From: Candidatus Hadarchaeum sp.
GTDB taxonomy: Archaea; Hadarchaeota; Hadarchaeia; Hadarchaeales; Hadarchaeaceae
Assembly (NCBI RefSeq): GCF_049969415.1
Contig: NZ_JBMFOX010000003.1
Location: 1 to 64,000, forward strand
DNA: 64,000 nt
Reading direction: 5' to 3'
The notes beneath the pieces are model-generated. The model did not search any database. It was not told the DNA's origin and saw nothing but the letters and a program-made list of their open reading frames with translations. Position numbers and translations under genes: made by a program. Position 1 is the first letter of the stretch; each line of letters starts with the position of its first letter. This document shows positions 59,125-64,000 of the stretch, one piece after another.

Positions 59125-61032
59125 ATGGATTTGATGGGAAAAACGGACATCGATTATCGCGGGATAGGGCTGCGCGTGGGCTTTGAGATCCACCAGGAGC
59201 TGGAAACGTCCAAGCTCTTCTGCAGCTGTCCCTCCCGGCTCCGTGACGATGTCCCGCGCCTGCAGGTGAGGCGGAGGTTGCGCCCGACCCAGAGCGAGCT
59301 GGGCGAGGTCGACCGCGCTGCCCTTGCCGAGGCGATCAAGGGCAAGGCCTTCAACTATCAGGTTTACCCCGACACCGTCTGCTTGGTCGAGCTTGATGAG
59401 GAGCCGCCCCACCCGGTGAATGAGGAGGCGCTCGATATCGCGCTCGAGGTAGCGCTCCTGCTTGAAGCCAGCCCTGTCGACGAGGTCCACGTGATGAGGA
59501 AGATCGTCATCGACGGCAGCAACACCTGCGGCTTCCAGCGGACGATGCTTGTGGCCACCGATGGCAGCCTCATGATCGACGGCAGGAAAATCGACATCCC
59601 GACGATATGCTTGGAGGAGGATGCCGCTAGGAAGGTGGGTGAGAACGGCGAGGTGGTGGAATACCGTTTGGACCGGCTTGGAATTCCGCTCATCGAGATT
59701 GCCACCGGACCGGACTTTACTGACCCGGAAAATCCGGCCAAGGCGGCGCTTTACATCGGGCAGTTGCTTCGCGCCACCGGTCGGGTGAAACGTGGTCTGG
59801 GGACCATCCGGCAGGACATCAACATCTCCATCGCCGGTGGTGCCCGCCAGGAGATCAAGGGGGTGCAGGAGCTGGGCCTCATCACCACCGTGATCGAGCG
59901 GGAGGTGCAGCGGCAGCTGGCGCTTCTTGAGATTCGTGAGGAGCTGAAGCGGCGCGGCGCGAGGGGAGCGGAGAAAAGAATAGTCGAGGTCACGGAGTTC
60001 TTCTCGAAAACCGGTTCCAAGCTGATTCAGAGGGCACTGGCGGCGGGAGGTTCGGTGCTGGCGTTGAAGCTGGAGAAGTTCGCCGGTCTCCTCGGCAGGG
60101 AGCTTCAGCCCGGGCGAAGGTTTGGAACCGAGCTGTCTGACCGGGCCAAGACCTACGGCAAGGTCGGTGGAATCTTTCACACTGACGAACTTCCCGGCTA
60201 CGGCATCTCCGCCGAGGAAGTAGCCCAAGTGAGGCAGAAGCTAGGTGCCGGAGAACTGGACGCCGTGGTGCTGGTCGCAGAGCGGAGAGAGAAAGCGGTG
60301 GCAGCTCTCGAGGCGGTAGCGGATCGGGCCAATGAGGCGCTGGCCGGAGTTCCCGAGGAAACGCGTCGGGCTTTGGAAGATGGCAACACCGAGTTCATGC
60401 GTCCCCTGCCCGGGGCCAGTCGCATGTATCCCGAGACGGACATCCCGCCCATCCCGATAACCCGAACCAGGATTAAAAAAATCAGGGGCCAGCTCCCCGA
60501 GCTGCCGGAGAGGACGCGGGGCAGGCTCGTGGAAAAATACCGGCTGAGCCAGAACTTGGCCGAGCGGCTGAGCCTTTCCGAGAACCTGAGCTTGTTTGAG
60601 GAGCTGGTAGCAGAGACAAATGCCGACCCGACCTTGGTGGCGGCAACTCTGGAGGAGACCCTCGTCAGCCTGCGCCGCGAGGGGATCAAAGTCGAGGGGA
60701 TAACCAAGGAGCTGCTGCTGGAGATGTTCCGGTGGGTGGCGGACGGAAAGCTGGCCAAGGAGGCTGTCCCCGAGGTGCTCAGGCTGGCGGCGCAGGGCCT
60801 TGGCGTTCCGGAGGCAGTGGAGAGGCTCGGGCTCTCCCGGCTCAGCCCCGAGGAATTGGAAAGGCTGGTCGCCGCGACCGTCGCCGAGAATCGGAAGCTG
60901 GTTCAGGAGAGAGGGATGAATGCCGTTGACCCGCTCATGGGCCTTCTGATGGCCAAGGTCAGGGGAAGGGCCGACGGAAGATTGGTCCATGAGCTTTTGA
61001 GAAAGGAGATTGAAAATTTCCTCAACACCTGA
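59125..61032 (+). CDS. gatE: Glu-tRNA(Gln) amidotransferase subunit E
   Basis: GFEIHQEL, DEEPPH, IDGSNTCGFQRT, RMYPETD. Confidence 0.96.
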   Translation: MDLMGKTDIDYRGIGLRVGFEIHQELETSKLFCSCPSRLRDDVPRLQVRRRLRPTQSELGEVDRAALAEAIKGKAFNYQVYPDTVCLVELDEEPPHPVNEEALDIALEVALLLEASPVDEVHVMRKIVIDGSNTCGFQRTMLVATDGSLMIDGRKIDIPTICLEEDAARKVGENGEVVEYRLDRLGIPLIEIATGPDFTDPENPAKAALYIGQLLRATGRVKRGLGTIRQDINISIAGGARQEIKGVQELGLITTVIEREVQRQLALLEIREELKRRGARGAEKRIVEVTEFFSKTGSKLIQRALAAGGSVLALKLEKFAGLLGRELQPGRRFGTELSDRAKTYGKVGGIFHTDELPGYGISAEEVAQVRQKLGAGELDAVVLVAERREKAVAALEAVADRANEALAGVPEETRRALEDGNTEFMRPLPGASRMYPETDIPPIPITRTRIKKIRGQLPELPERTRGRLVEKYRLSQNLAERLSLSENLSLFEELVAETNADPTLVAATLEETLVSLRREGIKVEGITKELLLEMFRWVADGKLAKEAVPEVLRLAAQGLGVPEAVERLGLSRLSPEELERLVAATVAENRKLVQERGMNAVDPLMGLLMAKVRGRADGRLVHELLRKEIENFLNT

Positions 61033-61083
61033 GCTACCCGCGTTTATTTTAATTTATAGTCACCAGCATACTTGGGTAGTCGG

Positions 61084-62886
61084 ATGTGCGGCATCGTGGG
61101 TTATGTCGGCAACCGGCCAGCGGCGCCGATACTACTGGAGGCGCTCAGGCGTCTGGAGTACCGGGGCTATGATTCCGCCGGGATGGCCACGGTATCAGGA
61201 AGATTGGTCGTCAGGAAAGATCGGGGCAGGATTGCCGACATTGATCGGAAGCTGAAGCTTGTGGAGATGCCGGGCAAAGTGGGCGTGGGGCACACGCGCT
61301 GGGCGACTCACGGCGAACCCTCTCAGGTCAACGCCCACCCTCATGTTGACAACGCGGGTAAAATTGCCGTGGTTCACAACGGAATTATCGAGAACTATTT
61401 GGAGATAAAAAAATTCCTTCAGGACCATGGTTTTCGTTTCGTCTCCAAGACGGATACCGAGGTTGTTCCTCACTTGATTTCCTTTTTCCTCAACAAGGGC
61501 GGGAATCTGGAGGAGAGCGTCAGGCGGGCGGCTAGGAGGCTGCGGGGAAGTTTCGCGCTGGCGGTCATCAGCGCCGAGGAACCCGATAAGATAATCGCGG
61601 TCCGCCAAGATAGCCCCCTGATTCTCGGGCTCGGCAGCGGGGAGATCTTTTTGGCCTCCGACATCCCCGCAATGCTCCAGCACACCAACCGCGTGCTGAT
61701 TTTGGAGAACGGCGAGATGGCGGTCCTGACCTCGGATCGCGTCGTGATTCGGAAGTTCGGCTCCGGCGCTGAGGTCAGGAGGGAGCCGATGGTGGTCAAG
61801 TGGACGGCGGAGATGGCGGAGAAGGGCGGCTATCCCCACTTTACCCTAAAGGAGATCTTTCAGCAGCCCGAGGCGGTCCAAGACACCCTGCGGGCACCGC
61901 CGGAGGAGCTGAGGAGGCTGGCTAAATTCCTCACCAACGCCCGGCGGGTTTATTTCGTCGCCTGTGGCACCTCCTACCATGCCGCGCTGGTGGCGAAATA
62001 TGCTTTGGCCAAGCTGGCCGGTTTCCCGGTCGAGGTGGTGATTTCGTCCGAGTTCGGCGAGATCGGCAGCGTCGACGGCAAAACGGCGGTGCTGGCCATC
62101 ACCCAATCAGGCGAGACGGCCGACACGCTGAAGGCGGTTGAGGCGGCCAGGGCTGCCGGGGCGCGCGTGGCCTGTCTGACTAACGTGGTCGGTAGCTCGA
62201 TAACTAGGATGAGCGACCTCGTCTGCTGCACCCATGCGGGTCCCGAGGTCAGCGTGGTGGCGACGAAGACCTTCGCCGCCCAGGTCGCCTATCTGCTTCG
62301 GCTCGCCGTCGAGGTTGCCGCGGCGCGGGGTCGCTCGGGGCCGCGGTGCCGCCGACTGGCCTCCGGGTTGAAGTCCCTGCCCGAGATTATGCGGAAGAAT
62401 TTGGCAGAACTCGACCCGAGAGTGAGGAGGCTGGCTAGCCGTCTTCTCCGCGCCGAGCACATCTATCTCATCGGCCGCGGCATCGGCTACCCGCTGGTTC
62501 TGGAGGGGGCGCTGAAGCTCAAGGAAATAACCTATATTCATTCCGAGGGCATGCCGGCGGGAGAGCTCAAGCACGGGACGCTGGCGTTAATTGAGGAAGG
62601 AACCCCGGTGATTGCGGTGGTACCGCCAGGAGGGAGCCGGGTAAAAATAGTCAGTAACGTTGAAGAGGTAAAGGCACGGGGAGCCCATGTGGTCGCCATC
62701 GCCGACAACGGCAAGGATCTTGAGGGTCACGTTGATGAGTTGATTTCCATCCCGCACACGGAGGAGCTGTTCAGCCCGCTACTCTTTATCATCCCGCTGC
62801 AGCTGCTCGCCTACCACATCACCGTGGCTAGAGGTCAGGATCCTGACCGGCCCAGGTCGCTGGCCAAGTCGGTCACGGTTGAGTAA
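61084..62886 (+). CDS. glmS: Glutamine--fructose-6-phosphate aminotransferase
   Basis: MCGIVG, EYRGYDSAG, HTRWATHG, AKSVTVE. Confidence 0.97.
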   Translation: MCGIVGYVGNRPAAPILLEALRRLEYRGYDSAGMATVSGRLVVRKDRGRIADIDRKLKLVEMPGKVGVGHTRWATHGEPSQVNAHPHVDNAGKIAVVHNGIIENYLEIKKFLQDHGFRFVSKTDTEVVPHLISFFLNKGGNLEESVRRAARRLRGSFALAVISAEEPDKIIAVRQDSPLILGLGSGEIFLASDIPAMLQHTNRVLILENGEMAVLTSDRVVIRKFGSGAEVRREPMVVKWTAEMAEKGGYPHFTLKEIFQQPEAVQDTLRAPPEELRRLAKFLTNARRVYFVACGTSYHAALVAKYALAKLAGFPVEVVISSEFGEIGSVDGKTAVLAITQSGETADTLKAVEAARAAGARVACLTNVVGSSITRMSDLVCCTHAGPEVSVVATKTFAAQVAYLLRLAVEVAAARGRSGPRCRRLASGLKSLPEIMRKNLAELDPRVRRLASRLLRAEHIYLIGRGIGYPLVLEGALKLKEITYIHSEGMPAGELKHGTLALIEEGTPVIAVVPPGGSRVKIVSNVEEVKARGAHVVAIADNGKDLEGHVDELISIPHTEELFSPLLFIIPLQLLAYHITVARGQDPDRPRSLAKSVTVE

Positions 62887-63834
62887 TTAGACCAGCAGTC
62901 GGCCCGTTTCCATCAGCAGTTTTCCGTCCAGCGTGACGGTGGGGTTCTTGAAGATACCGTCGATGTGAATGCCCGCCTTCACCCGGCCGCCGAAGGTGGA
63001 GTTGTCCCCGAGCGCCACGTGGCAGGTTCCGAGCACCTTTTCGTCCTCCAAGACCTGTCCAATCAATCGAGCCTTGGAGTTGGTGCCGACGCCGAATTCA
63101 GCCAGGTTCCGTGCCTTTGGTCCGGCCTCGTCCAGCATTTTCGTCAGTTTTCTGGCGGCGGACCCGGATATTTTTTTGGCCATTCCCTTCTCGATGATGA
63201 TTTCAGTTCTCCCGGTGGTGGTGTCGATGATGGAGCCGTCGACGACCACCCTTCCCTCTCCGGTTCCCTCCACTGGGGCGATGAAGGCCTCCCCCGCCGG
63301 AAGATTGCCGAAATCTCCCGGTCGGTGGAAGAGGCCGGTGTCGGGATGGGTCTTCCTTCCCTTAATGCTGAAGCTGAGTTCAGTACCGGCCTCTGTAGTG
63401 ACCTCGACTTCTGAAGCCCGGTCGAGGAGAGCGGCGACCTTTTTAGTCAGCCGGGCCACTTCCTGATAGTCGGCCAGCATAGCCCCTTGCTGCATCATCT
63501 CCTCGGTGATGCCCGGCATGGTGGCCACCCTGGCCCCGGCTGCGCAGGCCCTCTTGCGCGCCTGGGTATGGGTAATGGAATAAGTGGTGGGTGCAATGAC
63601 CACGTCAAAATAGGTCATCGCGAGCGCCACCGGTTCAGGCGGTTCCTGTCCGTGTCGTTGACCAACCGGCATGCAGATTAACGTCACCGCCGTCCCGCGC
63701 TCCCGGGCAACATCCGCAATTGTTTCCGCGATTTTCATTTTAGGCGGGTCGGTAACGATAAGGACAGTTTCTCCCCTTCGAATCCTCAGGCAGGTGTCGA
63801 CCACAATTTTGGCGCCGCGGATCATGGGGTTCAT
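62887..63834 (-). CDS. M29-like (thermophilic) aminopeptidase
   Basis: GNLPAGEAF, AEFGVGTN, EDEK, HVALG, HIDG. Confidence 0.88.
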   Translation of the reverse strand: MNPMIRGAKIVVDTCLRIRRGETVLIVTDPPKMKIAETIADVARERGTAVTLICMPVGQRHGQEPPEPVALAMTYFDVVIAPTTYSITHTQARKRACAAGARVATMPGITEEMMQQGAMLADYQEVARLTKKVAALLDRASEVEVTTEAGTELSFSIKGRKTHPDTGLFHRPGDFGNLPAGEAFIAPVEGTGEGRVVVDGSIIDTTTGRTEIIIEKGMAKKISGSAARKLTKMLDEAGPKARNLAEFGVGTNSKARLIGQVLEDEKVLGTCHVALGDNSTFGGRVKAGIHIDGIFKNPTVTLDGKLLMETGRLLV

Positions 63835-63845
63835 GAAAATACCCG

Positions 63846-64000
63846 CTAGATAAGTCCCGCCTTGAACAGTTCCTCACGAAAAGCCGAAAGAATCTCGCGA
63901 ATGGCCCCTTCCTCAGCCGCGTGGATCTCGATGTAGCCATTCGGGAACAGCAGCAGGTAGTTGCCCCGTTTGAGGGTGAATTTTACCACAGTCTTCTTGG
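63846..64000 (-). CDS. Partial hypothetical protein (3' end only)
   Basis: Open frame KKTVVKFTLKRGNYLLLFPNGYIEIHAAEEGAIREILSAFREELFKAGLI*. Confidence 0.65.
   Translation of the reverse strand, partial: KKTVVKFTLKRGNYLLLFPNGYIEIHAAEEGAIREILSAFREELFKAGLI

Overview
Archaeal chromosomal window, gene-dense and mostly housekeeping. Methanogen-type SerRS, SepRS, GatDE and archaeal riboflavin genes, with no methanogenesis genes here, suggest a Euryarchaeota-related lineage such as Hadarchaeota (inference). It holds the exosome/proteasome superoperon, translation and tRNA-modification genes, a riboflavin operon, glmM/glmU/glmS, a broken pyrimidine-catabolism island and two toxin-antitoxin pairs. The main hidden signal is four heavily interrupted tRNA genes carrying 12 short bulge-helix-bulge (BHB)-type introns: tRNA-Phe(GAA) with four, both tRNA-Gln genes with three, and tRNA-Lys(CTT) with two. 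Ten of the 12 are at non-canonical positions, and exons are as short as 6 nt. Second, near an orphan cas6 and an MNT-HEPN pair there is a 29-nt repeat / 36-nt spacer / 29-nt repeat unit that appears to sit inside a gene remnant, as expected from ectopic spacer integration. Also noted: CTG and ATA start codons, a winged-helix LigD-type primase-polymerase next to endonuclease V, a Lys-rich upstream ORF, and several small ORFs absent from the ORF track. All calls come from manual motif recognition; no searches were run.
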